NCBI GenBank assembly: GCA_023458755.1
Contig: JAEWYE010000058.1
Coordinates: forward strand, 7,505-71,504
Direction: 5' to 3'
Length of the DNA: 64,000 nt
Source of the DNA: Bacillota bacterium
GTDB taxonomy: Bacteria; Bacillota; Clostridia; Oscillospirales; Acutalibacteraceae
Shown here: piece by piece, positions 18,756 through 28,757 of the stretch
Position numbering within the stretch: the first letter of the stretch is position 1
Layout: the number at the start of each line of letters is the position of its first letter
Position numbers and translations under genes: made by a program
The notes under the pieces: model-generated
Database searches by the model: none
What the model saw: the letters and a program-made list of their open reading frames with translations, nothing else
Told to the model about the DNA's origin: nothing

Positions 18756-19292
18756 ATGAAGAATATTCAATTAAAAAACGGAAAAGAACTAGCTATACGC
18801 AAAGCAACGGAGCACGATGCGGAAAATATGGCACGGTTTAAAACCGGCATCAGTGGAGAATCCGACTTTCTTTCATTCGGTGAGAATGAAATTGAAATTA
18901 CGCCGGAAACGGAGCAGAAAATTATTCAGGCCGAAAACGCAAAGGATAATTCCGTGGTTATGATTGCGGTAATAGACGGCGAAATCGTCGGTTTTGTCGC
19001 GTTTGCAGGAGGCAGCCGTGTTCGCAAGCGTCATGCGGAAGAAATGGGAATATCCGTCCGAAAAAAGTATTGGGGACTGGGAATCAGTAATTTTATGATG
19101 GAAGCTTTGATTGAGTGGGCAAAAGGGACGGGCATCATACGCAAAATAGATTTGCTGACTAGAGCGGATAACGAAAAGGCCATTAAGCTATATGCAAAAT
19201 ACGGCTTTGAAAAGGAAGGCATCGTCAGGCGTGATTTGAACGTAAACGGCGTGTTCTATGACTCTTTCAGTATGGGACTGCTCATAGATTAG
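18756..19292 (+). CDS. GNAT family N-acetyltransferase
   Basis: Acetyl-CoA binding motif A region (VRKKYWGLGISNFMMEAL). Confidence 0.8.
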   Translation: MKNIQLKNGKELAIRKATEHDAENMARFKTGISGESDFLSFGENEIEITPETEQKIIQAENAKDNSVVMIAVIDGEIVGFVAFAGGSRVRKRHAEEMGISVRKKYWGLGISNFMMEALIEWAKGTGIIRKIDLLTRADNEKAIKLYAKYGFEKEGIVRRDLNVNGVFYDSFSMGLLID

Positions 19293-19301
19293 GAGAAGAA
19301 G

Positions 19302-19667
19302 ATGAATATTCAAATAATTGAGAAAAACGGGATTGCGATCGCTGTGGTCAATAGCACAGAAAAGGCTATTACCAATGTGCAGTCAGCACTGGATTTTATA
19401 ATGTCGGTGACATATGAAACCGGCAGCAGTCGAATTGCGCTGAACAAAGAAGCCATTTTGGAAGATTTCTTTGTTTTAAGCACATGTCTTGCGGGAGAAG
19501 TGCTGCAAAAATTTATCAATTACCGTGTGAAATTCGTGGTAATCGGGGATTTTTCACACTATACAAGCAAACCGCTGCAGGATTTCATACGGGAGTCCAA
19601 TCGGGGGAATGATATCTTTTTTGTTGCCAGCGAGACAGAAGCCATTGAAAAGCTTGCACGGCCATAA
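19302..19667 (+). CDS. DUF4180 domain protein
   Basis: Size and sequence are typical of DUF4180, which is commonly encoded beside GNAT genes. Confidence 0.55.
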   Translation: MNIQIIEKNGIAIAVVNSTEKAITNVQSALDFIMSVTYETGSSRIALNKEAILEDFFVLSTCLAGEVLQKFINYRVKFVVIGDFSHYTSKPLQDFIRESNRGNDIFFVASETEAIEKLARP

Positions 19668-19741
19668 TTTCGCATATTCTATTCCATCACCAACCGGGAA
19701 TAATCGAATATTCAAATAATTTAAGAAAGAAGGAAAAAATC

Positions 19742-20917
19742 ATGGAGAATTTTGTGTTTTACAGCCCGACATATTTCGCGTTCGGGAAGGATCAAGAAAC
19801 CAATGCAGGCAAGTATGTGCGGCGTTTCGGTGGAAGTAAGGTGCTCATCCATTACGGCGGCGGCTCGGTTGTCCGTTCCGGACTTTTAGATAGAGTAAAA
19901 GCTTCTCTGAAAGCGGAACAAATCGAATTTGTGGAACTTGGCGGAGTAAAGCCGAACCCGCGCAGCGGGCTTGTGTACGAAGGCGTAGAGCTATGCCGGA
20001 AAGAAAACGTGGACTTTATACTCGCCGTGGGTGGGGGAAGCACGATTGATTCCTCAAAAGCAATCGCAGCGGGTTCTGTGTATGACGGCGATTTCTGGGA
20101 CTTTTTCTGCGGGAAAGAGGTAACCAAAGCGCTCGGCATTGGAACGGTCCTGACGATTTCAGCGGCTGGAAGCGAAGGCTCCCCGGATGCCGTCATTACA
20201 AACGAGGACGGTATGTACAAACGCGGAGCAAGCGGGGAAGCGCTGCGCCCGGCATTTTCCATTCTGAATCCTGCTTTAACGCAAACGCTTCCGCCTTATC
20301 AGATTGCCTGCGGTGCAACCGACATTATGGCGCATCTGTTTGAACGTTATTTTACCACAACAAAAGAAGTGGAGGTAACAGACCGGATGATTGAAGGGCT
20401 GCTGTTAACGATGATACACGAAGCTCCGCGCGCGGTGAGTGAGCCGAGCAACTATCAGGCACAGGCCAATATTATGTGGGCGGGCATGATGGCGCACAAC
20501 AATTCCTGCGGCGTTGGCAGAGTACAGGATTGGGCAAGCCACGACATTGAGCATGAGCTTTCCGCAGTTTACGACTGTGCGCACGGTGCAGGACTTGCGG
20601 TCGTGTTCCCCGCTTGGATGACGTATAACGTAAAGCGTGATGTGAACCGCTTTGCGCAGCTTGCTGTTCGTGTGTGGGGCTGTCAAATGGATTTTGACCA
20701 TCCGGACCATACCGCTATGGAGGGTATCGCTTCGCTGAGACGATTCCTGAAATTCATCGGCATGCCTTCCAACTTTAAAGAACTTGGAGCCAGTGAAGCG
20801 GATATCCAAAAAATGGCGCATACCGCGTGCTGTGGGAACGGACGCGGCGGAACCATCGGCGGCTTTGCACAGCTCAACGAAACGGATGTCGCGAATATTT
20901 ACCGCTTAATGGTATAA
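19742..20917 (+). CDS. Iron-containing alcohol dehydrogenase (NADH-dependent butanol dehydrogenase/YqhD-like)
   Basis: GGGS(T)ID NAD motif and the Fe-binding His cluster (HDIEHELS...HGAGLA). Paralog of the ADH at 1..1157. Confidence 0.85.
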   Translation: MENFVFYSPTYFAFGKDQETNAGKYVRRFGGSKVLIHYGGGSVVRSGLLDRVKASLKAEQIEFVELGGVKPNPRSGLVYEGVELCRKENVDFILAVGGGSTIDSSKAIAAGSVYDGDFWDFFCGKEVTKALGIGTVLTISAAGSEGSPDAVITNEDGMYKRGASGEALRPAFSILNPALTQTLPPYQIACGATDIMAHLFERYFTTTKEVEVTDRMIEGLLLTMIHEAPRAVSEPSNYQAQANIMWAGMMAHNNSCGVGRVQDWASHDIEHELSAVYDCAHGAGLAVVFPAWMTYNVKRDVNRFAQLAVRVWGCQMDFDHPDHTAMEGIASLRRFLKFIGMPSNFKELGASEADIQKMAHTACCGNGRGGTIGGFAQLNETDVANIYRLMV

Positions 20918-20945
20918 AAAGTTTCATTACCGGGAGGGCTGTTGT

Positions 20946-21374
20946 ATGGTAACGGTTGAAATGCTGAAGAAAGAGGAGATTCCGGCACTGATGGAGCTTT
21001 ATAAGGCACTGGTTCCGCATGATCTATCACTGGAAAAAGCCGAACGCACCTATGACGAAATGCGGGCGAACAGCGAGTATTTGCTCTTAGCTGCCAAGAA
21101 GGACGGGGAACTTCTCGGCTCCATGCTGGGTATCTGCTGCCAAAGCCTTACCATGCCTTTTCTGGTGGTGGAGGACGTCATTGTGAAGGACGGCGTGCGG
21201 GAAAAGGGAATCGGCCGAAAACTGATGGAGGCACTCGATGAGTTCGCGAAAAGCAGAAACTGCGCGTATGCGATTCTGGTGTCCTCCGCTTTTCGAACCG
21301 GCGCGCATCAGTTTTATGAAAAGGTCGGGTATACCGACAGTGTAGTCGGGTTCCGAAAATTATACGAGGAATAA
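20946..21374 (+). CDS. GNAT family N-acetyltransferase
   Basis: GNAT fold motifs (VREKGIGRKLMEAL). Confidence 0.75.
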   Translation: MVTVEMLKKEEIPALMELYKALVPHDLSLEKAERTYDEMRANSEYLLLAAKKDGELLGSMLGICCQSLTMPFLVVEDVIVKDGVREKGIGRKLMEALDEFAKSRNCAYAILVSSAFRTGAHQFYEKVGYTDSVVGFRKLYEE

Positions 21375-21378
21375 AAAC

Positions 21379-21422
21379 AAAGCTATCGGCTGCAAATTGC
21401 AACTGCCGATAGCTTTCTTTAT
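21379..21422. terminator. Bidirectional rho-independent terminator
   Basis: Palindrome aaagctatcggc...gccgatagcttt flanked by A- and T-runs, between convergent genes. Confidence 0.65.
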
Positions 21423-21434
21423 ATGTATCTATGA

Positions 21435-23087
21435 TTATCCGTGAGTCTGCGTCGCGACAACGCTTTCGCCGCAGTAGATTTTTCGAAGCTTGGGCTTCTC
21501 GATTTTTCCGGTTGGATTTCTGGGAATATCCGCGAAGATAATTTTATGCGGGCGTTTGTATCTGGGCAGCTTTAAGCAGAATTCATTGATTTCTTCTTCC
21601 GTACAGGTAAAGCCTTCTTTGATTTCAATAATAGCTGCCGCAATTTCACCGAGCCGTTTCTCCGGAAGACCGATTACTGCAACGTCTTTTACCGCTTTAT
21701 GCGTGCGTAAAAAGTCCTCAATCTGGACAGGATATAAATTCTCGCCGCCACTGATAATCACATCTTTTTTGCGGTCGACCAGATAGAGAAAACCGTCCTC
21801 GTCCTCCTGCGCCATATCGCCGGTAAACAGCCAGCCGTCCTGAAGAACCTGTGCGGTCGCCTCCGGGTCGTTGTAGTAGCAAGTCATAACGCCGGGTCCT
21901 TTTACCGCCAGTTCCCCGATTTCTCCCTGTTTTACGGTGTTGTGTGCCTCATCCACAATTTTTACTTCCCAGCCGTATCCGGCTTTGCCGATTGCGCCTA
22001 CTTTGTGAATGTTTTCCACACCCAAATGTACACAGCCGGGGCCAATCGACTCACTAAGCCCGTAGTTGGTGTCGTACTGATGGTTCGGAAATTTCTCTTT
22101 CCAGCGTGCAATCAGGCTCGGGGGAACGGGCTGTGCACCAATATGCATCAATCTCCACTGCGCAAGCTCGTAATCGTCCAGACGGATTTCGCCGCGGTCA
22201 ATGGCATCCAAAATATCCTGCGCCCACGGTACAAGGAGCCACACAATGGTGCATCTTTCCTGTGATACGACTTCCAAAATACTTTTTGGCTTTGCACCAG
22301 TGAGCAGTACGGCTTTGGCACCCACCAAAAAGCTGCCGAACCAGTGCATTTTCGCGCCGGTGTGGTAAAGCGGGGGAATGCATAAAAATACGTCGTCTTT
22401 GGTTTGACTGTGATGCTTTTGTTCCACCTTGCACGCATGCATTAAACTCATGTGATTATGTAAAATCGCCTTTGGAAAACCGGTTGTTCCCGAAGAAAAA
22501 TAAATCGCCGCATCGTCATCGTCTGTCAGCGGAATCTGCGGGGACTGGCTGGAGCAGTTTTCTGCCAGATGGCTGTAGCTTTCCGCGAAGCTTGGGGTAT
22601 TGTCACCCACATAGAAGAGCAGACGGTTTTTACTGATTTCATCCGCAATTTCTTCCACTCTGCCGATAAACGCGGGGCCGAATACCAGCACGTCGGCTTC
22701 CGCCAGATTGACGCAGTATTTGATTTCTTCGGAGGTGTAGCGAAAGTTTAAAGGCACCGCCAAAGCGCCCGTTTTTAATATTCCAAAATAAATCGGCAGC
22801 CATTCCAAGCAATTCATCAAAAGAATCCCGACTTTATCGCCCTTTTTGATTCCCCTGCTCAAAAGAAGGTTGGCAAACCGGTTTGCCTTTTCATTAAATA
22901 CATTCCAGGTGATTTCTCTGCGAAAATGACAAATCGGGTCCGGCTCGATCAGTTCATATTCCTTCCAGGTTACGCGCCTTGTTTCCGGTATATCCGGATT
23001 AATTTCCACAAGACAAATATCGTTTCCGTATAATCTGCAATTGCGCTCTAATATATCCGTAATTGGCATGCTTGTACGTCCTTTCAT
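21435..23087 (-). CDS. AMP-dependent synthetase/ligase (acyl-CoA synthetase family)
   Basis: AMP-binding signature YSSGTTGFPKA, plus TGD and the C-terminal GKI(E)K lysine motif. Confidence 0.85.
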   Translation of the reverse strand: MKGRTSMPITDILERNCRLYGNDICLVEINPDIPETRRVTWKEYELIEPDPICHFRREITWNVFNEKANRFANLLLSRGIKKGDKVGILLMNCLEWLPIYFGILKTGALAVPLNFRYTSEEIKYCVNLAEADVLVFGPAFIGRVEEIADEISKNRLLFYVGDNTPSFAESYSHLAENCSSQSPQIPLTDDDDAAIYFSSGTTGFPKAILHNHMSLMHACKVEQKHHSQTKDDVFLCIPPLYHTGAKMHWFGSFLVGAKAVLLTGAKPKSILEVVSQERCTIVWLLVPWAQDILDAIDRGEIRLDDYELAQWRLMHIGAQPVPPSLIARWKEKFPNHQYDTNYGLSESIGPGCVHLGVENIHKVGAIGKAGYGWEVKIVDEAHNTVKQGEIGELAVKGPGVMTCYYNDPEATAQVLQDGWLFTGDMAQEDEDGFLYLVDRKKDVIISGGENLYPVQIEDFLRTHKAVKDVAVIGLPEKRLGEIAAAIIEIKEGFTCTEEEINEFCLKLPRYKRPHKIIFADIPRNPTGKIEKPKLRKIYCGESVVATQTHG

Positions 23088-23832
23088 TCCTGTTGCTCAA
23101 AACTTCAGCACATGTATGTTTTACCACTTTAAATCAAAAAAGTAAATAGGTTTTGGACATATTCCTATAAAAAGTCGGATGTATGCCAAAATGGAACATC
23201 GGAATCATTCGACGGATTCCACCCTGCAAAAATAAAAGGGCGGCATATAATATAAATATTCAATAAAATTTAGGGATAAAGATCCGCATGAAAACCCATA
23301 AATAAAAGGGCTTGATGATTTTTATATGTTTTTAATTGAAACTTCGCACAATAATGTTTACTGAATAATTAGCATACAAGAGAATTTAGGAGATATTACG
23401 AGGAAATAAAAGAGTTCCTGGCTTAATAATTTACACAAGTGTGAGCTTTTTTGCAGAAAAGTGCTTAAAACCTTGCACTCCAGCGAAGCGAAAAAGGGCG
23501 GCTTCGACGCCCTCGCCCCCTCGGTTGGCGCGCGGGAGCACGCAATAGTTGAGTAGAGCTTGAAAACATTCTAAAATTTGATCGATTTTTTAAATTACTG
23601 GTTTATTCAGTAGATATTCTAATAGAATAAAATTTTAGAAAACACTTGATATAGGGCGCTGGAAAGACTATGATTATTTTATTATAGAAGTACTATGCTA
23701 TCTTATTTATTCACTATATTTTGTAAAGAAAACTCATTGCTTTCTATTAATTTTCAATGTTGAATTTTAGAAAGGAACGTGATAACATATTGCATTAATA
23801 ATTATTTTGAATATAAACGAGGGTATTAGAAT

Positions 23833-26658
23833 ATGGAAGAAAAGAAACAAACTCTAAGTGAAGAAGGCTCCGAACCTATTTATAAGTTAACGCTTGAAGA
23901 AGCGTGCGAAGCCATGCATACAAGACCGGATGGTTTGACTTCGGCAGAAGCAAAGGCAAATCAGGAGAAGTATGGCAAGAATGTAATCAGCCAGAAGAAA
24001 GGAAAACCGATCATTCTTGTTTTTCTTTCGAATTTTGTCAGCTTAATGGCTATCCTTTTATGGATAGGCGGCATTATCGCGTTTATCGCGCAGATGCCCG
24101 AACTGGCAATTGCCATTTGGCTTGTGAACGTTATCAACGGTGTATTCAGCTTTTGGCAGGAGCACCGCGCGAGCAAGGCGACCGAAGCACTCAAAAAGAT
24201 GCTTCCGTCTTATGCCCGTGTGATTCGTGACGGGCAGGAAGTGCAGATTTCGGCGGAAGATTTGGTGCCCGGTGATATCATGCTCATTGAAGAGGGCGAC
24301 AAGATATCCGCGGACGCACGTGTGCTGGCAAGCAGCGATCTTCAGGTCAATCAGTCCACCCTGACCGGTGAATCAAATCCGGTGCGGAAAACGCACGATC
24401 CGATTTTTAAAGAGGATTTGTCCAAGTTTGAAATACCGAACTATATCTTTACCGGAACCAGCGTGGCAAGCGGTACCGCGAAAGCGGTGGTTACTTCCGT
24501 CGGTATGCAGACCGAGTTCGGCAAAATCGCGAATTTAACACAGGCTATGGACGATGTAAAAAGCCCGCTGCAAAAGGAATTGGATATTCTGACTAAGCAG
24601 GTTTCCATGATTGCTATCGGCATTGGCGTCGCGTTTTTTGTAGCGGCGGCATTTTTCGTGAAGCAGCCTCTTGCGCAGGCGTTTATCTTTGCGCTGGGCA
24701 TGATTGTTGCGTTTATACCGGAAGGTCTGCTCCCGACCGTTACACTGTCACTCGCTACGGCTGTGCAGCGCATGGCCAAAGAACATGCGCTGGTAAAACG
24801 TCTGTCCGCTGTTGAAACCTTGGGCTGTACCTCTGTTATTTGCTCCGATAAAACCGGAACCCTGACGCAGAATGAAATGACCGTCTGCAATTTGTGGCTG
24901 CCCCGGCAGGAGTTTGAGGTTACCGGGCTTGGATATGCGCCCGTGGGCAAAATTATGGCCGGAGACAAAGAAACAAGCGCAGCAGAAAACCACGATTTAA
25001 AAACACTGCTCACCGCGGCCGGCTTGTGCAGCAATGCGCGCGTGGTGCCGCCGAATGAAGAAAATGACCGTTATACGGTTTTGGGTGACCCGACCGAAGC
25101 CTGTTTGGGCGTTGTCGCGCAAAAAGCAGGAATCGATCTGGAAACCCAGGCAGCCTTAACACCGCGTATCCGTGAGCTGCCCTTTGATTCCCGCCGCAAA
25201 CGAATGAGTACCATCCATCAGTTGGAAAAGCCGGTTGACGGCGCGCAGAGAATTGCTTATATCAAAGGTGCTCCGAAAGAAGTACTGGAGCTGTGTTCAA
25301 GCATGTGCCGGGATGGCAAAAGTGTAGAGTTGACTGCCGAACAGCGCACACAAGTGATGCAGGCAAACGATAATTATGCAAGCAAGGGACTTCGTGTTTT
25401 AGCGGTTGCATACCGTATTTTGTCAAAAAACAGCAATCTGCCGGTAGCGCTTAGTGCGTACACTCCGGAACTCATTGAGCAGGATATGGTTTTTGTCGGC
25501 TTGGTCGTTATGGCAGACCCGCCGCGCCCGGAAGTTGCGGACGCAGTCGCCCTGTGCCGCAAGGCAAATATCCGCATCATTATGATAACCGGTGATTACG
25601 GTCTTACGGCCGAAAGTATCGCAAAGCGTATCGGTATTGTGCAGGGCGAACATCCCCGCATCATATCGGGTGTTGATTTGGAGGCCATGTCGGATGAAGA
25701 ACTGAAAGTAGCCCTCAAGGACGAAGTGATTTTCGCCCGTGTAGCACCGGAGCAAAAATACAAGGTTGTTTGCAGTCTGCAGGAAATGGGGCATATTGTT
25801 GCGGTTACCGGTGACGGTGTAAACGACTCCCCGGCACTGAAAAAAGCGGATATCGGTGTGGCAATGGGTATTTCTGGCACGGATGTTGCCAAAGAAGCCG
25901 CTGATATGATTTTGACCGATGATAACTTTGCGTCCATTGTAAGGGCAATTGAAGAAGGCCGTGCGGTATACAGCAATATCCGCAAATTCCTTCTTTACAT
26001 CTTTAACAGCAATACGCCGGAGGCAGTGCCTTCCGCCGCGTTCCTGTTCTCAAGGGGCGGCATTCCGCTTCCTTTGACCGTAATGCAGATTTTGTCCGTT
26101 GACCTTGGCACCGATATGCTGCCTGCACTCGGACTTGGAGCGGAACTGCCGGAACCGGGCATTATGGACCGCCCTCCGCGTTCCACAAAAGAGACCCTGC
26201 TGAATAAGCGTTTGATTGTCTTAGCGTTTTTCTGGTATGGTTTACTGGAGTCAACAATCTCATTAGGGGCCTATTTCTTTGTGAACTTGATGAACGGCTG
26301 GCCAAATGTGCCGCTGGCAGGTTCCGGACTGATTTACCACCACGCCACCACGATGGCGCTCGCGTCCATTGTTTTCTGTCAGATCGGTGTAGTGCAGTGC
26401 GCCCGTACCGAAAAACAGTCCATTTTTAAGGTCGGTTTGCTCAGTAACCCACATATCGTAAAGGGTATTATTTTTGAAATTCTTCTGATCAGCGCGATAA
26501 TTTATCTGCCGTTTATGCAGCAAATTTTCCAGACTGCGCCGATTGCATGGAGCGACTGGGTATTCCTGGTTTGCTGCCCGGTGGTAATTATTCTGTTGGA
26601 TGAAATCCGGAAAGTGATTGCCCGCCATTTGGATTATAAGAAAAAAATTAAAAAATAA
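23833..26658 (+). CDS. P2-type cation-translocating P-type ATPase (Ca2+ or Na+/K+-type)
   Basis: DKTGTLT phosphorylation site, the TGD and GDGVNDSPALKKADIG hinge motifs, and 10 TM helices. Confidence 0.9.
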   Translation: MEEKKQTLSEEGSEPIYKLTLEEACEAMHTRPDGLTSAEAKANQEKYGKNVISQKKGKPIILVFLSNFVSLMAILLWIGGIIAFIAQMPELAIAIWLVNVINGVFSFWQEHRASKATEALKKMLPSYARVIRDGQEVQISAEDLVPGDIMLIEEGDKISADARVLASSDLQVNQSTLTGESNPVRKTHDPIFKEDLSKFEIPNYIFTGTSVASGTAKAVVTSVGMQTEFGKIANLTQAMDDVKSPLQKELDILTKQVSMIAIGIGVAFFVAAAFFVKQPLAQAFIFALGMIVAFIPEGLLPTVTLSLATAVQRMAKEHALVKRLSAVETLGCTSVICSDKTGTLTQNEMTVCNLWLPRQEFEVTGLGYAPVGKIMAGDKETSAAENHDLKTLLTAAGLCSNARVVPPNEENDRYTVLGDPTEACLGVVAQKAGIDLETQAALTPRIRELPFDSRRKRMSTIHQLEKPVDGAQRIAYIKGAPKEVLELCSSMCRDGKSVELTAEQRTQVMQANDNYASKGLRVLAVAYRILSKNSNLPVALSAYTPELIEQDMVFVGLVVMADPPRPEVADAVALCRKANIRIIMITGDYGLTAESIAKRIGIVQGEHPRIISGVDLEAMSDEELKVALKDEVIFARVAPEQKYKVVCSLQEMGHIVAVTGDGVNDSPALKKADIGVAMGISGTDVAKEAADMILTDDNFASIVRAIEEGRAVYSNIRKFLLYIFNSNTPEAVPSAAFLFSRGGIPLPLTVMQILSVDLGTDMLPALGLGAELPEPGIMDRPPRSTKETLLNKRLIVLAFFWYGLLESTISLGAYFFVNLMNGWPNVPLAGSGLIYHHATTMALASIVFCQIGVVQCARTEKQSIFKVGLLSNPHIVKGIIFEILLISAIIYLPFMQQIFQTAPIAWSDWVFLVCCPVVIILLDEIRKVIARHLDYKKKIKK

Positions 26659-26680
26659 AAATAAAACGGGAGGATACAGA

Positions 26681-27331
26681 ATGAAAGTTATTATTGTGGG
26701 CTGTGGCAAACTGGGTTCCGGCTTAGCCCGAAATCTGCTCAAAAAAGGCCATCATGTAACGGTCATCGACAGCAAGCCGGAAGCATTCGAACTGCTCGGC
26801 AAAGACTATAAAGGCGAAACCATTGTGGGCATCGGCTTTGACCGTGATATTCTGGAACAGGCAAAAATCCGTTCCGCCGATGCGATTATCGCCTGCAGCA
26901 AGAGTGATGAAGCAAACGCATTAATCGGCAGAGTGGCGCGCAATGTTTATAAGGTTCCGCGTGTTATCTCCAGATTATACGACCCACGCAAAGCCGAAAT
27001 TTACCGCAGCTTAGGCATTCAAACCATCTCTACCACCACATGGGGTATTCAGCGCGCTACTGAAATGCTCAGCTATGGTCAGCTTGACAGCATTTTAACG
27101 CTGGGAGCCAGCAATGTCGAATTAATCCGCATTGAAACTCCGGCGCTTCTTATCGGCAGAACAGTAAGGGAACTGACGGTTTTGGGTGAAATCCAAGTTG
27201 CCGCAATCTTCCGTGAAAACAAAACATTTCTTCCCACAATGGGTACCGTGCTGCAAAAGCATGATGTCATCTACCTTACCGTCGTATCGTCCTCTGCGAA
27301 GAAATTAAAATCCATGCTCGGCTTGGCTTAA
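26681..27331 (+). CDS. TrkA/KtrA-type RCK domain protein (K+ transport regulatory subunit)
   Basis: N-terminal Rossmann GCGKLG motif plus a TrkA_C domain. Start chosen at MKVIIVG with a GGGAGG RBS. Confidence 0.85.
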   Translation: MKVIIVGCGKLGSGLARNLLKKGHHVTVIDSKPEAFELLGKDYKGETIVGIGFDRDILEQAKIRSADAIIACSKSDEANALIGRVARNVYKVPRVISRLYDPRKAEIYRSLGIQTISTTTWGIQRATEMLSYGQLDSILTLGASNVELIRIETPALLIGRTVRELTVLGEIQVAAIFRENKTFLPTMGTVLQKHDVIYLTVVSSSAKKLKSMLGLA

Positions 27332-27344
27332 GGAGGAAAATAGA

Positions 27345-28013
27345 ATGAAAGTGATTATTATAGGCGGCGGCCAAACCGGAGTATACATTGCAAATTTGCT
27401 TTTGAACAATAACTGTTCCGTTAAAGTGATTGAAAACCGTGAAAATGTTTTTTCAAAATTAGTGAATGATCTTCCTAAAGAAAATATCATATTTGGCAGC
27501 GGTACCGATCCGAATGTGCTCGAAGCTGCGGGAATCGCGGACGTGGATGTAGTCGCGGCTGTTACTGGTGAAGATGAAGTAAATCTGGTTGCCTCCACTA
27601 TCGCGAAGTTTGAGTTTGCTGTTCCGCGTGTGATTGCGCGCGTCAACAATCCGAAGAATTCCTGGATGTTCAACTCCAGCATGGGCATTGATGTCGGACT
27701 GAATCAAGCGGACTTAATGGCTCATCTCGTAGTGGAAGGAATGGATTTGAAAAACATCCTCACACTTTTGAAAATCAACAGCAGCGATTATTCCATCGTA
27801 CAGGTGCAGGTGGATACGCAGTCTGAGGCAGTGCATAAAAATATTAAGGATTTGGCGATACCGGCAAATTCGGTTCTGATTGCCATTACCCGCGGGCAGG
27901 ATACAATAGTTCCCCGCGGCGATACCGCAATCAACGCAGGCGATAATATCCTTGCTTTGGCGGACGCAAAAGCACAAGCCGTAATCAATGAATTATTCGG
28001 ATCGAACAAATAA
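27345..28013 (+). CDS. TrkA/KtrA-type RCK domain protein (second paralog)
   Basis: GGGQTG Rossmann motif plus a C-terminal TrkA_C domain. Confidence 0.85.
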   Translation: MKVIIIGGGQTGVYIANLLLNNNCSVKVIENRENVFSKLVNDLPKENIIFGSGTDPNVLEAAGIADVDVVAAVTGEDEVNLVASTIAKFEFAVPRVIARVNNPKNSWMFNSSMGIDVGLNQADLMAHLVVEGMDLKNILTLLKINSSDYSIVQVQVDTQSEAVHKNIKDLAIPANSVLIAITRGQDTIVPRGDTAINAGDNILALADAKAQAVINELFGSNK

Positions 28014-28090
28014 AACAGCAAAGATCGAAATTCCGAATGATACAGAACCACCTGGGACTGCTTATTGTCCGGGTGGTTCTTGCTATACAT

Positions 28091-28193
28091 ATAGTCAGTT
28101 GATTTGAAAACAAGACCAATCTACAGGTGCAAAATCCATCTATCAAAGATTTTGCGCTTGCCTCCTGGATGTTTTCTAAAGTTAACTGACTAT
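28091..28193 (+). repeat. Copy 2 of the ~103-nt imperfect-palindrome repeat family
   Basis: Full-length alignment to copies 1 and 3. Compensatory changes keep the stems paired (atagtca/tgactat; caaaatc/gattttg). Confidence 0.8.
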
Positions 28194-28270
28194 ATAAAAA
28201 TAAAGTATGGTATAATGAACATCATGGGCAGGATGGATACGGGATACTAAGAAAAGCAGGAGGAACGAGC

Positions 28271-28717
28271 ATGATACGAAAAATTCAGGAACAGGATAAA
28301 GAAAAATTTATTGCGATGGCAAACGAGTTTTATCACTCCAATGCCGTACTGCATTCGATTCCGGAGGATTATATACAAAGAACCTTTCATGAAATTATTT
28401 CCGGCAGTCCTTACGCGGCTGCCTATGTGTATGAGTCCAACGGTAAAATTGCGGGGTATGTCCTGCTGGCGTTTACCTATTCCAACGAAGCCGGCGGCAT
28501 GGTCATGTGGATAGAAGAAATTTATATTCTGCCGCAGTATCAGGGACTTGGCTTTGGCAAAGAGCTGTTCGCTTTTCTGGAAACTGAGTATGAAGATAAA
28601 GTTGCAAGAATCCGTTTGGAAGTGGAAGACTCGAATCGAAGAGCGGTTGACCTTTACCGCCGAATTGGGTTTGCCGATTTGGATTATGCGCAAATGTATA
28701 AGGATAAAGTGAAATAA
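28271..28717 (+). CDS. GNAT family N-acetyltransferase
   Basis: GNAT motif (QGLGFGKELFAFLE). Confidence 0.8.
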   Translation: MIRKIQEQDKEKFIAMANEFYHSNAVLHSIPEDYIQRTFHEIISGSPYAAAYVYESNGKIAGYVLLAFTYSNEAGGMVMWIEEIYILPQYQGLGFGKELFAFLETEYEDKVARIRLEVEDSNRRAVDLYRRIGFADLDYAQMYKDKVK

Positions 28718-28757
28718 CCTCAAATACAAAACATCGGAGGAAGGAACCATACGCCAC

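Noticed and set aside
23470-23550. GC-rich island upstream of the P-type ATPase as an M-box (Mg2+) riboswitch
   Set aside because: No match to the conserved M-box helices or loops that I can recognise. It is kept only as an unexplained element.
26618-26680. Upstream start (MPAIWIIRKK...) for the first TrkA gene
   Set aside because: That stretch overlaps the ATPase stop and the poly-A region. The ATG at 26681 follows a GGGAGG RBS and begins the conserved Rossmann fold.
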